DNA from: Syntrophales bacterium
Lineage (GTDB): Bacteria; Desulfobacterota; Syntrophia; Syntrophales; UBA2210
Assembly (NCBI GenBank): GCA_963666365.2
Contig: CAXXNF010000002.1
Span: 1,792,001 to 1,856,000, forward strand
Direction: 5' to 3'
Length of the DNA stretch: 64,000 nucleotides
Part shown: positions 33,801-43,896 of the stretch, one piece after another
How positions within the stretch are numbered: the stretch's first letter is position 1
Layout: each line of letters begins with the position of its first letter
The notes under the pieces: model-generated
Database searches by the model: none
What the model was told of the DNA's origin: nothing
Seen by the model: the letters and a program-made list of their open reading frames with translations, nothing else
Program-made: the position numbers and the translations under genes

Positions 33801-34493
33801 GTCATTATCAAAATCAGGATACAGTTTTTTCATACAGTTGGGACAAATTCCGTGGCTGAAGTCAGCTTCCGGATGTTTAATCAGGTAGTGTTCGATAGAA
33901 TGCCATTGGCCTTGCTTATCCTTAATGGCCTTGCAGTTTGAACAAATGGTCACTATTCCTCGAAGAGCCTGCAGTTCCATCAAATAGTCTGTCAGTCGTC
34001 TGTTCTTATCTCCCAATATCTGATTCATATATATCAGTTCAAGATTGCTCTCTATAATGCTTTTGAATTTTACCATGAGTTGTTCGATAATCGTGGAGTA
34101 TTCGTTTCGTTTTCTATCCAGCACACAGATTGTTCCAAATGGGCTTCCATCCGGCATGAACACTGGAAAACCCAAATAGGATATCATACCTAGCTTTACA
34201 TCCGGGTTGTTTTTCCAATTGTCGTCTGCCAATGCATCAGAAACCAGAAGTTTACTTCTTGATTTAATTACGGTTTCACAATAGAGCCCTGAATTCTCGA
34301 AGTATTCCCTCTCTCCCGGATGATAGGGATTTCCTTCGTTTCGACTTGAAATGAAGACTTCAATATCAGGGTGGCTTAACCTCATGATCAATGCGGCAGG
34401 CAGGTTGCAGACCTGAGCCAGGATATCAACGATTTGCTGCCAGTTTTCTTGAAAGTCTTCGGGGATGGCAATCCCCATTCTTTCTTTAATCAT
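33795..34493 (-). CDS. GAF-domain protein with C-terminal Cys/His zinc-ribbon-like domain
   Basis: YLGFPV...FGTICVLD GAF; ICSNCKAI...FSHGICPNC. Confidence 0.85.
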   Translation of the reverse strand: MIKERMGIAIPEDFQENWQQIVDILAQVCNLPAALIMRLSHPDIEVFISSRNEGNPYHPGEREYFENSGLYCETVIKSRSKLLVSDALADDNWKNNPDVKLGMISYLGFPVFMPDGSPFGTICVLDRKRNEYSTIIEQLMVKFKSIIESNLELIYMNQILGDKNRRLTDYLMELQALRGIVTICSNCKAIKDKQGQWHSIEHYLIKHPEADFSHGICPNCMKKLYPDFDNDV

Positions 34494-34520
34494 CGGCGAC
34501 TCCGAATATTAAAGCTTCAC

Positions 34521-34603
34521 TTATCCCGACTGCCTGCGGTCGGGATAAACATTTTAATCAGCGGCGCTTTTTTTGCGCCTGCTGGTTTTATCGCTTGATA
34601 CCG
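34521..34603 (-). repeat. palindrome from the gene-less cassette family plus degenerate attC
   Basis: ATCCCGACTGCCTGCGGTCGGGATAAAC resembles 62161-62188; followed by CAGCGGCGC-T7-GCGCCTGCTG hairpin. Confidence 0.55.
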
Positions 34604-34608
34604 TAACT

Positions 34609-35916
34609 TCATGGATTTGCCGTTAATTCGAGCCAGTGCATCGCCATTCGGAGATTGGCTTGGGCCCACTGAAGAGGGACATGATCATTTGGTTCGTAAG
34701 AACCGTGATCGAGGAAATAGGCTTCAGGACATTGCAATGCCATCACGTTATTCGTCCCTTTCGTCAGTTGCCCAAGAGAACGATTCAGATAATGTGCCTG
34801 CAGCAATCGGTCCTCATTCTTTCCGCCTGTCAGCACCCTCATGCCATAACAGCATGAAATTATAGGATCAAAAATGCACCACTGGGCCTCTTCCCCAGGC
34901 GTTAGATACGTATCTCTTGATTTGATTTTTTCGTTGAGATCGTCGGTGCGATCGCCAGGAGAGAACAGGCTTCGGTAATCAGCGCACCAATATGAATCAC
35001 CAAGATACCGACGTATCCCTATAGTGCCCTTAAGAACAGTAGAAACGTCGCTTACTATTATAGATGCCATTGGGGAAGCAACTATGTTCAACGGGTAAAC
35101 CAGGAACAACAATGCCGCATCATAGCGCCGTCTCGTTGCACTGTCAGGTCCTAAACACTCATGCGGCAATATTGTATGCAATGACTCTTCACCTTTTTTA
35201 ATCAGGCAGGTTAAATAATTTTTGTTAATGCTGAATGCCCTAAAAAAAGAACGATCAAAAAAATTGTGGAGTCTGCATAGATCATAAAACTCGTGCAAAC
35301 CGGCGACAACAGTCCCTATTGAAGATGCTGAAACTTTGCGCACCTCTTCCCAATGGCCGCTATCCTGATCCTGCCAATACTCAATTGCATTAAGATATCG
35401 CACTACATCTACAAGAGTTTGAATCTCCGTCTCTTTGATTTCAATAACCCCTTCCTTTCCCATCTTGCTGAATAACCAAATAAAGTAACCTATTGCGTCA
35501 TTTTGTGCGTGCGGCCATTTTTGTGTGATTTCTTTTATTTTTAATGCATCAAAACGAACGTGAGGTCTTTTCATTGGGTCTGCGGCCACACATGGGTTCT
35601 TAATCACCTGCTCCATCCGGAATCGCTGACTTTGGAAGAAGTGCATCAGTGAAAGCGTGGTATTGGCTGCCGTTACCCGATCGCCCCAAAAAAAATGCGC
35701 ATGTGCAATATGCACGTTATCACGCACCCAGGCATTTTGATAGCCGGATGCATCGTCATTATTTGCTGAAGATGAAGCAGGAAAAAGGCCGCTCTCAAGG
35801 CAGGAAAAACGAAACGTATCGTTCCGAAGCAAAAAATCATATAACCGTTCAACATCTGCGCGTCGATATGGCAGGCACAGATAATCAAGTATTGTTTCAT
35901 TGTGAATGTGAAGCAT
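34609..35916 (-). CDS. glycoside hydrolase family 15-like / phosphorylase-kinase-like (alpha/alpha)6 protein
   Basis: WVRDN, HAQND, DSGHWEE, GIRRYLGDSY, CPEAY, PLQWAQA. Confidence 0.72.
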   Translation of the reverse strand: MLHIHNETILDYLCLPYRRADVERLYDFLLRNDTFRFSCLESGLFPASSSANNDDASGYQNAWVRDNVHIAHAHFFWGDRVTAANTTLSLMHFFQSQRFRMEQVIKNPCVAADPMKRPHVRFDALKIKEITQKWPHAQNDAIGYFIWLFSKMGKEGVIEIKETEIQTLVDVVRYLNAIEYWQDQDSGHWEEVRKVSASSIGTVVAGLHEFYDLCRLHNFFDRSFFRAFSINKNYLTCLIKKGEESLHTILPHECLGPDSATRRRYDAALLFLVYPLNIVASPMASIIVSDVSTVLKGTIGIRRYLGDSYWCADYRSLFSPGDRTDDLNEKIKSRDTYLTPGEEAQWCIFDPIISCCYGMRVLTGGKNEDRLLQAHYLNRSLGQLTKGTNNVMALQCPEAYFLDHGSYEPNDHVPLQWAQANLRMAMHWLELTANP

Positions 35917-36074
35917 AAGATTAATCGTTTGGGTGTCTCACAGCACACCACTTATTAAACCTGCGGCCATTACTATTAACCAAGTCCAAAACCCGAGAAG
36001 AGAGTCATACGCTGACGCAATCAACGCAGCGAAACAAATAGCTATTCTTCCCACAAAACTCCAAGACGTCCAGT

Positions 36075-36169
36075 GGGTCCGCAGCTGCGCTGCGGACCGA
36101 ACACAACGATAATTTTCAGAGAGCCGCCAGATCAAGCCGCGTATTCGTTCGCCGCAGGCGGTCGGGATG
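36075..36169. repeat. degenerate copy of the 62.04-62.19 kb element with internal deletion
   Basis: aligns by eye with 62045-62130 and 62174-62185. Confidence 0.65.
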
Positions 36170-36297
36170 CATGTTTCGGGTATCCTAGCGGGCGCATCAC
36201 TTCACTCGGTCAAATTCATCCGATGGTTCGGCAAAACCGTTATTTCAAATTCTGTCAAGAATGAAGACCTGATTCAGCGGTTTTCAAAATAAGCTAT

Positions 36298-36723
36298 TTA
36301 CTTATCCCTTTTTCCCATCGCACTACGTTCATTATTTAACTCTTTCAGAAGGGCTGAAAGAGCCCAATGTTCTGAAAACGGCGTGAGCGTCGCCCACAAA
36401 GGGCGAGGCAATCCAGTGCCTTTGTAATGGGTAAGAATGTGGTGAAGCTCTCTTTCAGTAATTCCGGACATGACAACAGCACGTTCAATATTACAATTCG
36501 TGTTTCGTCCCGTCTGATTGGGCAAAGTCAGCAAATCACAAAGGCATTTCTCGGTATCTGCGTCTGTGGCAAAAATTACCGGAACATCTTTAATCTGAAT
36601 GGCGTCCAGTAATTTCATCAACGTTTTCTGTTCTGATGGCGTAAAGCCGCATACCAGCAAGGCTCTTGGCCCATACATCCGTTCCGTCGATTCTCCGACC
36701 TTTTTAAATGTCCCTTCACTCAT
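36298..36723 (-). CDS. DUF3783-domain protein
   Basis: LWATLTPFSEHWALSALLKEL..E C-terminus. Confidence 0.75.
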   Translation of the reverse strand: MSEGTFKKVGESTERMYGPRALLVCGFTPSEQKTLMKLLDAIQIKDVPVIFATDADTEKCLCDLLTLPNQTGRNTNCNIERAVVMSGITERELHHILTHYKGTGLPRPLWATLTPFSEHWALSALLKELNNERSAMGKRDK

Positions 36724-36840
36724 GATGACTTCCTTATATTTATTGCCGAACGCTACTCATAACCAGTAGCCGGCTGTTATGGTCCCTCCGGATCATGATT
36801 GAAGTTTCCCCACTTTCAAAATCGCCCGGCAATCACTTCA

Positions 36841-37587
36841 TCACCGCTTCATCAGCGCGAACACGCCCCAGCCAAGGTATTCGCGCGTGTAAGCGGCGTA
36901 ACGCTCGGGTTCCGAGGTTAATGTGGCTCGAACATCTTTCGCGAACTCGTCGTCTGGATTGGCTTCCAGCCATTGGCGCATGGTGAGCCACTTGACCGCC
37001 TCGTACCTGTCCCAGCTGTCTTGGTCGGCCAGAACCATTTCCACAACATCGTAGCCAAGATGGCTGAAAGACGCGAGCAGTTCTGGAAGCAGGAGAAAAT
37101 CGGAGATCGAGTTGGCAAGACACCCCCTGGCAACATCTTCCGTCGGAGGTAACTGCCGCCAGTAGGGCTCACCGATGAGGATGATCCCTCCGGTGCGGAG
37201 GCTCTGCGCCAGAAGCTCGATAGTCCCGACGACTCCCCCGGCGATCCACGTGGCGCCGACACAGGCAGCCACACCGACCTTCTCGTCAGAAACATAGCCG
37301 GCAGCATCGCCATGGATGAACCTGACTTGATCGGCGACGCCGAGTTCTTCAGCGCGGAGTTTTGCGTGCTTGGTGAACAACTGACTCATGTCGATGCCGA
37401 TGCCGATGACTCCGTAATCGCGTGCCCACGTGCACAGCATCTCTCCCGATCCGCTGCCAAGGTCGAGCACTCGGGTCCCCGTTTCCAAACGCAGCGCCGC
37501 GCCGAGAGTGGCGAGCTTTTCCTTTGTGAACGGGTTATGGATGCGGTGAGCACTCTCGGTGATGTTGAAGATCCGTGGAATGTCCAT
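36841..37587 (-). CDS. YjhP-like SAM-dependent methyltransferase
   Basis: MDIPRIFNITESAHRIHNP, VLDLGSGSGE, REYLGWGVF. Confidence 0.85.
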   Translation of the reverse strand: MDIPRIFNITESAHRIHNPFTKEKLATLGAALRLETGTRVLDLGSGSGEMLCTWARDYGVIGIGIDMSQLFTKHAKLRAEELGVADQVRFIHGDAAGYVSDEKVGVAACVGATWIAGGVVGTIELLAQSLRTGGIILIGEPYWRQLPPTEDVARGCLANSISDFLLLPELLASFSHLGYDVVEMVLADQDSWDRYEAVKWLTMRQWLEANPDDEFAKDVRATLTSEPERYAAYTREYLGWGVFALMKR

Positions 37588-37746
37588 TGCAGAAAATCTC
37601 CTTACGGGATTTTTACCATTATAGATGGTTTGCGATAGCATGGAGTCGTACTTTGACTATTGACTGAAATTGAAGAATCATTTCCGTATCTAGTCAGGAG
37701 TCAACGGCCTGACCCCATTCCCGCCCGATCGTTGCAATTGCGTGCC

Positions 37747-38121
37747 TTATTCTTTGGGATAATACTTGACATTACGCATATTTTTGAAATCTGAATCCTG
37801 AGTCCAGAGAATTGCTTTGAATTCTTGAGCCGTTGCGAGAATGATACTGTCCGCCATGGGAAGATTATGCTCCAAACTTAGCTTGGAAGCGGCAATTGTC
37901 AAAGGTGTGTTTATGTCGACAACAGTTCCTTTTTGCATAGCCACAACCGCCTGCAATGCTTCATTCTCGCCGGACTCTCGAAGAATGACCTTGAATACCT
38001 CGTATATCGTTACGGTTTGTACAACAAGCAAAGCGGAATCACTGAGCGGGGCTAAGAAATACTGGGCATTAGGCTCATCTGCGAAGTAGGCAAGCCAGCC
38101 TGAAGAATCAACTATATTCAT
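37747..38121 (-). CDS. vapC: VapC/PIN-domain toxin
   Basis: VDSSGW, YEV, ADSII, TQDSDF acidic PIN residues. Confidence 0.9.
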   Translation of the reverse strand: MNIVDSSGWLAYFADEPNAQYFLAPLSDSALLVVQTVTIYEVFKVILRESGENEALQAVVAMQKGTVVDINTPLTIAASKLSLEHNLPMADSIILATAQEFKAILWTQDSDFKNMRNVKYYPKE

Positions 38122-38324
38122 AGCCGATCTCCCTCGCGGTTTAATTCCGTATTGATCCCCTTGAGGAATCCACGAAGCTCTTTGATATCACGTTCCGGTA
38201 TTAGTTCAATGCGCCCGGCATATTCAACAATTTGCATTTTTTGTCCAGGATAAAGCTTCAATGCCTCCCTGACTGTTTTAGGTATAACGACTTGGTATTT
38301 TGGTGATACAGTTACCGTTGGCAT
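38118..38324 (-). CDS. AbrB/MazE-type antitoxin
   Basis: VSPKYQVVIPK; 4-bp overlap with the toxin gene. Confidence 0.9.
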   Translation of the reverse strand: MPTVTVSPKYQVVIPKTVREALKLYPGQKMQIVEYAGRIELIPERDIKELRGFLKGINTELNREGDRL

Positions 38325-38354
38325 GCCAATACCTCCATCGATATAGTATGTGCT

Positions 38355-38384
38355 ACGATATCATTATCGATATAATTGTGTCAA
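38355..38384 (-). promoter_or_regulatory. promoter of the TA cassette
   Basis: minus strand TTGACA-18 nt-TATCGT, with repeated ATCGAT palindromes (likely operator). Confidence 0.5.
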
Positions 38385-38394
38385 TTATACTGAT

Positions 38395-38453
38395 GCCCAA
38401 CGCAATCATCAGCCGCGGCGGGGTGCGTCGTCTGCTGCATGTTGTGGCTGGGC
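38395..38453 (-). other. attC-like site
   Basis: GCCCAAC...CATCAGC/GCTGCATG...GCTGGGC. Confidence 0.65.
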
Positions 38454-38627
38454 AGCGTAAACCTATATTCCTGCCGCATGGGCGGCTTGAATCGCCTGGA
38501 GATACTCATCACGGGTTCCGTACTTTGTGCGTGTGGAACCCTTCTGATCAAATTCCCCAAGATCAAAAAGATCATAGATCCCGTAAACGGTATCTTCAGC
38601 CCCGGCTGCGCCTTTGTACGCTGGCGG
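38454..38627 (-). pseudogene. alpha-amylase (GH13) internal gene fragment
   Basis: manual translation [57 protein letters not shown]. Confidence 0.78.
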
Positions 38628-39264
38628 TTACTCCCTTATGGCGTGCTTGAAACGCCTCACGAATGATTTTGTTTTTTTCTTTTTGCCGTGATTTGCAGCC
38701 AAGCTCACCGAGGTCACCCAGTTCAGTCATTGCCACTTCATGGCAGGATGGGCAAAGTCCATGAGTCAATTGTGGCATTTGATCGGCCTCGAAAAGCCTG
38801 AAATGAGCTAAGCCCTCTTCAATTTCGGCCCATTGTCCCGGCAAGACTTTAATCTTCTTACACATGCTGCACACTGTCACCAATTCCGTTGATCTCGGTG
38901 TATCCGCGTCAAGCAGTCTGACTGGGTCCCTGGGCTCCGTTCGGAGGATTTTGCTTGTCATTTGGATATGTTCATCTGGTAGGGGCTCGACAAAGAGTTC
39001 GAGGTATCTTCGTTCACTGGGAGAATCGCACCGGAACGGAATAGGCCGCAAAGGCAGACCACATCTCACTCGTCTGAACAACTCCTGATAGAGATATCGC
39101 GTTTCGGGGCCTTGAATGAATTCCCACAGCTTGTGTCCCACCACATCTTCCGGACGCAGGGAACTGCCCCAAAGATTAGCATCAGCGAACCTGTCCCAAT
39201 TGGCGCTGACGCTTACGATAGTATCGGTGCTGTCAATTCGGTAAATGAAAACATCGTTGCTCAT
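38596..39264 (-). CDS. PAS-like protein with C-terminal Cys/His zinc-ribbon-like domain
   Basis: [34 protein letters not shown]...LTHGLCPSC. Confidence 0.7.
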   Translation of the reverse strand: MSNDVFIYRIDSTDTIVSVSANWDRFADANLWGSSLRPEDVVGHKLWEFIQGPETRYLYQELFRRVRCGLPLRPIPFRCDSPSERRYLELFVEPLPDEHIQMTSKILRTEPRDPVRLLDADTPRSTELVTVCSMCKKIKVLPGQWAEIEEGLAHFRLFEADQMPQLTHGLCPSCHEVAMTELGDLGELGCKSRQKEKNKIIREAFQARHKGVTASVQRRSRG

Positions 39265-39280
39265 GTTATCTCCGTTTGTC

Positions 39281-39350
39281 ACCCAATGGGGCCGCGGCTG
39301 AGCGGCGGATCGAAGAAAATTTTAATTTTCAGAGGACCGGTACATCAAGC
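39281..39350. repeat. left part of the 62.04-62.19 kb element
   Basis: CCCAATGGGGCCGCGGCTGAGC...GAAGAAAATTTTAATTTTCAGAGGACCGG..ATCAAGC. Confidence 0.72.
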
Positions 39351-39405
39351 TTGCAGCGCAGCTGAAAGCGTCCCCTGCACCCGGCTTGCTGTGTTCACTT
39401 TGTAG

Positions 39406-39480
39406 CTATTGACTCAACAATTTGGAACTGGCAATTCGATTGAGACTCACACCTGACTCAGTAGCTTGTATAGCCCATTT
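39406..39480 (-). pseudogene. HicB-type antitoxin C-terminal remnant
   Basis: translates WAIQATESGVSLNRIASSKLLSQ*. Confidence 0.45.
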
Positions 39481-39486
39481 CCTATG

Positions 39487-40056
39487 TTACAGACCAGCCC
39501 GTTCCAGCCAGTACAGCAACAGAAAAATAAGCAAAGCCACCGGCATGACAACAATCCAGTCATTTACGTTGAACAGTCGCGGCAAGGTAATATCGCCAAA
39601 ATCGCCCTTGTTCAGAATACCTTGACTGAGCTGGGGATAAAGAGCAGCAAACAGACCAGCACCAATTATAATGCCTGCTAGTCCGCCAAAAATGGCATCC
39701 AGATAACCATTACCGACTGCGCCTGCAATAGTGCCGGGACAATAGCCCAACAAGGCAAAACCGATCCCAAAAATTAATCCACCAATAACATTTTTACCAA
39801 CTGAACCTGATTTGGGATAAAGCTCTACCCATCTCATGGTTTTCATACAATAAATACCGATCATTCCGGTCAAAACCGCGGAAAGCATAATTTTTAGCAC
39901 AGTGAAATCCGTCAGCAAAAGCTGGCCGATGATTACGTCATATTTTGTTGCGCCGCCTTTCTGGAGCAGAAAGCCAAACACAATACCAAACGCCAACCCC
40001 CAGATCAGGGAAGATTTATCTTTTTGGGATGTATTTACCAGTTTTTTTGTCTGCAT
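39487..40056 (-). CDS. YeeE/YedE family sulfur-compound transporter subunit
   Basis: FGFLLQKGG, GYCPGT. Confidence 0.85.
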   Translation of the reverse strand: MQTKKLVNTSQKDKSSLIWGLAFGIVFGFLLQKGGATKYDVIIGQLLLTDFTVLKIMLSAVLTGMIGIYCMKTMRWVELYPKSGSVGKNVIGGLIFGIGFALLGYCPGTIAGAVGNGYLDAIFGGLAGIIIGAGLFAALYPQLSQGILNKGDFGDITLPRLFNVNDWIVVMPVALLIFLLLYWLERAGL

Positions 40057-40067
40057 ATTCTTCTACC

Positions 40068-40586
40068 CTAACCGATTAATTTGAAGATTAGTTGAGCCGT
40101 CAGGATACCGCCTATAAAAAAGCAGATGGCAGAAATCCAGCTTGAAACGGCAAGCTGCAGCGTACCGCTTATACCGTGGCCGCTGGTGCATCCATCTGCC
40201 CAGCGGGCGCCGAAACCGAGGCAAATACCGCCTGCCAACGCAACGATGACTCGCAGTACCGGGTCAGTGCCAAATACATTTGCCCAGATCGAAGGAACCC
40301 ACTGCCAGTAAAAATCACCAGACAACAGCGACGAAATCATTGATCCGATTACAATGCCAACAACCAGCATCCACTGCCAATCTACAACCAGCGTTATCCT
40401 TTGGTAGTACGGTTTTAAATTGACTTTTTCCCCGAAAAAAAGTTTTTCGATCATCCCGCTAGCCTTGGCAAAGGTCGTGGAGCATGCAATCGGGTTTCTG
40501 GAAATGAGAAAACTGAACCAGCTTAAAATCCCAATGCCGATTCCCACTACATAGGGTGACCAGCGTATTTCAGTTAAAAATTCCAT
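40068..40586 (-). CDS. YeeE/YedE family sulfur-compound transporter subunit
   Basis: WSPY, GARWADGCTSGHGISG. Confidence 0.87.
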   Translation of the reverse strand: MEFLTEIRWSPYVVGIGIGILSWFSFLISRNPIACSTTFAKASGMIEKLFFGEKVNLKPYYQRITLVVDWQWMLVVGIVIGSMISSLLSGDFYWQWVPSIWANVFGTDPVLRVIVALAGGICLGFGARWADGCTSGHGISGTLQLAVSSWISAICFFIGGILTAQLIFKLIG

Positions 40587-40604
40587 ATGATTACCTTTCG
40601 ATTG

Positions 40605-42056
40605 TTATGCTGTTTCCCAGTGTTTTTTTATTGGATCGTAGTTTGAGGAAGATCTTGATCCATGAGGATTTACACAAACCCGGCATTCCCTGGTATACCC
40701 GGCAGCGCTGTAGCCTGTCATTCCACCGGCAACGTTATAAATATCGGTAAATCCATGCTGTTTAAGAATGCTCGCGCCAAGACTGGATCGATTCCCCGAA
40801 CTGCAGATAAGAATGGTCTTTTTATTCTTATTCAGCTCAATATAACGAGTGCGAAGCTCAGATACCTGAATATTGATGGCGCCTTTGATGTGGCTGTCCT
40901 CATATTCCAACGGCGCACGCACATCCAGAAGTACAAAATTGGCTTTGCCAGTGATCATGTCGTGCAGTTCTTCGGATGAAATTAATTCTATATGACTGGT
41001 CTTGAGCCCTGCCAAAGCCCAGGCAACCATCCCCCCATCGAGATAACCAACAATTCGATCCACACCCGCCCGGCGAGCCCATATATTAGCTTCCAGCGCT
41101 TTTTGATAATCATCAACCACAAGCAGGAGATCCTTATCCGTGGGTAAAACCCAACCGGCAAATGTAGGAAAATTGCCATTGATATCTAGATGCCATGCAC
41201 CTGGGATGTGCTGACTGCCAAAGCTATAATAGCCACGGGCATCAAGCACCAGAAGGTTTGGGTCCTGTATTCGCTGTTTGAATTGATTTGCGCTTAATTC
41301 CTCCATAACGGGCAGATCGGCAACCAGGGCCGGCCCCTTACGGTTGATATCGCTGCACCGGCTGAAGTGATCCGGCGCCGGAGGCATATTCTCGGTGAGT
41401 GATTTAATAAATGCAGACTTTTCCTTAATTTTTAATATTGAATTAAAGTTACGTTCATAACCGATAGTGGTACGCCATTTGGCGCCCATTGCACGACCGC
41501 ACAATGAACCTGCGCCATGTGCTGGATATACTTCTACATAATCGGGCAGCTTGAGTAATTTGTCATGCACGCTGTGAAAAAGTTTTCCTGCCAGTTCTTC
41601 AGCCATATTCGGGAATAAATCAGGTCGCCCCACATCACCGACAAATAGCGTATCTCCTACAAACGCACCGACCGGGCTATCCGATCGTGATTTGTCTATT
41701 ACGACGTAGCTGAGATGTTCCGGGGTATGCCCCGGTGTTTCCAATACTTTTAGAAGCATATCTTCCAATTCGATGGAATCGCCTTCCGACAGGGCGACAT
41801 GATCGAAGCTACACTTTGCCGATTTTGCCACATAAATTTTTGCGCCTGTTTTTTTTGCCAAATCCATGTGTCCGGAAACGAAATCGGCGTGAAGATGAGT
41901 TTGAAGAATGTGGGTAATATGTACACCTAAAGCGCGGGCTGCAGTGATGTAGTCGTCCACATCCCTCTGAGGGTCAATCACTGCACAGGAAGTCTTGCCT
42001 GCGAGAATATAAGAGCTATGAGCAATTTTACCGATGAAAAAATGTTTAAGTAGCAT
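40605..42056 (-). CDS. MBL-fold persulfide dioxygenase-like / double rhodanese fusion
   Basis: THLHADFVSG, TPGHTPEH, GRPDL, CSSGNRS. Confidence 0.9.
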   Translation of the reverse strand: MLLKHFFIGKIAHSSYILAGKTSCAVIDPQRDVDDYITAARALGVHITHILQTHLHADFVSGHMDLAKKTGAKIYVAKSAKCSFDHVALSEGDSIELEDMLLKVLETPGHTPEHLSYVVIDKSRSDSPVGAFVGDTLFVGDVGRPDLFPNMAEELAGKLFHSVHDKLLKLPDYVEVYPAHGAGSLCGRAMGAKWRTTIGYERNFNSILKIKEKSAFIKSLTENMPPAPDHFSRCSDINRKGPALVADLPVMEELSANQFKQRIQDPNLLVLDARGYYSFGSQHIPGAWHLDINGNFPTFAGWVLPTDKDLLLVVDDYQKALEANIWARRAGVDRIVGYLDGGMVAWALAGLKTSHIELISSEELHDMITGKANFVLLDVRAPLEYEDSHIKGAINIQVSELRTRYIELNKNKKTILICSSGNRSSLGASILKQHGFTDIYNVAGGMTGYSAAGYTRECRVCVNPHGSRSSSNYDPIKKHWETA

Positions 42057-42144
42057 GCACAATTCCTCCTCGTAGTCCTTTTATGATCTGAGTACATCGT
42101 TATATGCTATGCACATGCAATCCGTGAAAAGATTGCACACTGCT

Positions 42145-42813
42145 TTATAAATAGAACAGATAAAAAACGGTCACAACAATAAAGATAAAAAGCAGCGTCA
42201 TTCCTCCCCCGGCTTTAACATAGTCTGCATTGCGATAGCCTCCGGCAGACATCAGCAGCGCATTGACCTGATGGGTAGGCAAAACAAATGAATGTCCTGC
42301 ACATACCGCTGCCATTCGCGCCAATGGGCGGGGATGAAACCCTCCAATTTGCGCCATACTCATCACAAGCGGCGCCAGTACTACAATAGCGCCCACATTG
42401 GACACGAACAGTGAAAATAAAGTGGACAACACCGCAACGGTCAAAAGTAAAAGCACAGGATGCTTTCCCTGAACCAGCATCATCATTTGCTCTGCTAAAA
42501 ATGCAGCGGCTCCGGTTTTCTGCATAGCGACGCCCAAAGGAATGAGCCCGGCGAGCAGGAAAACAACCTTCCACTCTATGCATTGATAGGCTTCCTGAAT
42601 ATCGAGCACCCCTGTCAGCACCATTGCAATTGCTCCAGTGAAAAATGCCATTGATATGGGGAAACCTGCCAGGGCGAACCCAATGGCAGCGGCAAAGCAC
42701 AGCACAGCAGCCCATGTTTTTGACGGATCTTTCTTTTCGATGGCAAAAGGAGTCGCCACCACAAAATTAGCATCCGATTTTAGATCATGAATCTTCCCGG
42801 CACACACGATCAA
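42145..42813 (-). pseudogene. C-terminal fragment of an SLC13/TrkA-C permease
   Basis: FLLAGLIPLGVAMQKTG, PTHQVNAL; N-terminal half is missing. Confidence 0.72.
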
Positions 42814-42914
42814 AATCAGAGCTTTTCGCGGCTACGCGAAAATACTCTGCATTTTTTGTTTGGACAATTTCCTTCTCCTGTCATTTCAGAATCCATTGAT
42901 GGACAAGAGGATCA

Positions 42915-42975
42915 GACCGGTAGATCAAGCCGCCTGTTCGTCCGCCACAGAAGACGAAAGTCGCGGCCCCGTTCA
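42915..42975. repeat. right part of the 62.04-62.19 kb element
   Basis: GACCGGTAGATCAAGCCGCCTGTTCGTCCGCC...AGTCGCGGCCCCGTTCA. Confidence 0.7.
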
Positions 42976-43037
42976 GCATAACCGGCTGGTAAAAGCTGCG
43001 CCGCTTCGCTATGCAGCTTTTACCAGTCCGAGTTAAT
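42976..43037 (-). other. attC-like site, same family as 560-631
   Basis: minus strand GCATTAACTCGGACTGG...CCAGCCGGTTATGC. Confidence 0.65.
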
Positions 43038-43061
43038 GCTGTTTTACTGCACCCATTTGAC

Positions 43062-43466
43062 CTACCTTGCAATTACATGGGTTGTGGTGACTTCAGCTAA
43101 CAGCTTATCTTTATTTCCAATCACACGGGTCCTGATAACAAGTACTGACTTCCCCTTACTCACAAATCGAGCCTCTGCCAAAATTTCTCCGTCTCTTTGG
43201 TTGCCGATCAGATTCGTATGAATATCTATTGCAAGAGGGAATCCTTTTCCGTTTTCCTCAATGGTTTGACCTTCAAGAGCAAGAACCGAAGCGGTAACAT
43301 CAGCCAACCATATCATCGCACCAGCCTGCACCGTGCCATAAGGATTCAAAACACCGGCGGTAACCGGCATACGACTAATAACGCAATCCGCGCTCCGCTT
43401 CTGGATATGAAAATCTATATATCCAGTTCTTTTAGCCGAGTTGATATGGTCTTGCAATTTACTCAT
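43062..43466 (-). CDS. PaaI-family hotdog thioesterase
   Basis: NPYGTVQAGA..LAD motif. Confidence 0.85.
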   Translation of the reverse strand: MSKLQDHINSAKRTGYIDFHIQKRSADCVISRMPVTAGVLNPYGTVQAGAMIWLADVTASVLALEGQTIEENGKGFPLAIDIHTNLIGNQRDGEILAEARFVSKGKSVLVIRTRVIGNKDKLLAEVTTTHVIAR

Positions 43467-43484
43467 GATTACTCCATCGGAAAA

Positions 43485-43556
43485 TAATTATCGATGTCTT
43501 CACCGACAGAAACGGAGTGCAGCGGAGTTTCTGCCGGGTGCGAGGCAAGGTTCACC
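43485..43556 (-). other. degenerate attC-like site
   Basis: R'' GGTGAAC contains the antitoxin stop codon; CAGAAAC/GTTTCTG stem. Confidence 0.5.
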
Positions 43557-43770
43557 TCTTTCTTCCTTCCCGAATAATATCCATTATTTCTTGTGTGGTA
43601 ATTTTTGCTTTAATTGAAGGCACATCCAGGGGGGAAGAAACGACTTTTTCCGGAACCAGCGCAAAGGTCCTGCCGTCCTTTCTTCGGATGAGTACTTTTC
43701 CCGTGTTTTCTGCCTGATCAAAAATCATGGAAAGTTCTTGCCGCGCTTCAGAATATGTAAAAATCCGCAT
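43552..43770 (-). CDS. Phd/YefM-type antitoxin
   Basis: TYSEARQELS...VLIRRKDG. Confidence 0.8.
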   Translation of the reverse strand: MRIFTYSEARQELSMIFDQAENTGKVLIRRKDGRTFALVPEKVVSSPLDVPSIKAKITTQEIMDIIREGRKR

Positions 43771-43855
43771 TTAAAACCTCCAGAGTTTCAACGTTACAAT
43801 TTGAGGCCGATGCGATCAGTTTTCTATCCAATGTCAATAAGGGAACCTTGCATCT
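43771..43855 (-). pseudogene. frameshifted C-terminal remnant of a PIN toxin
   Basis: PLLTLDR / LIASASNCNVETLEV directly upstream of the antitoxin. Confidence 0.45.
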
Positions 43856-43896
43856 GATTCAATCTTCAAAACCATCCCAGGATTATCGAACCTTTT

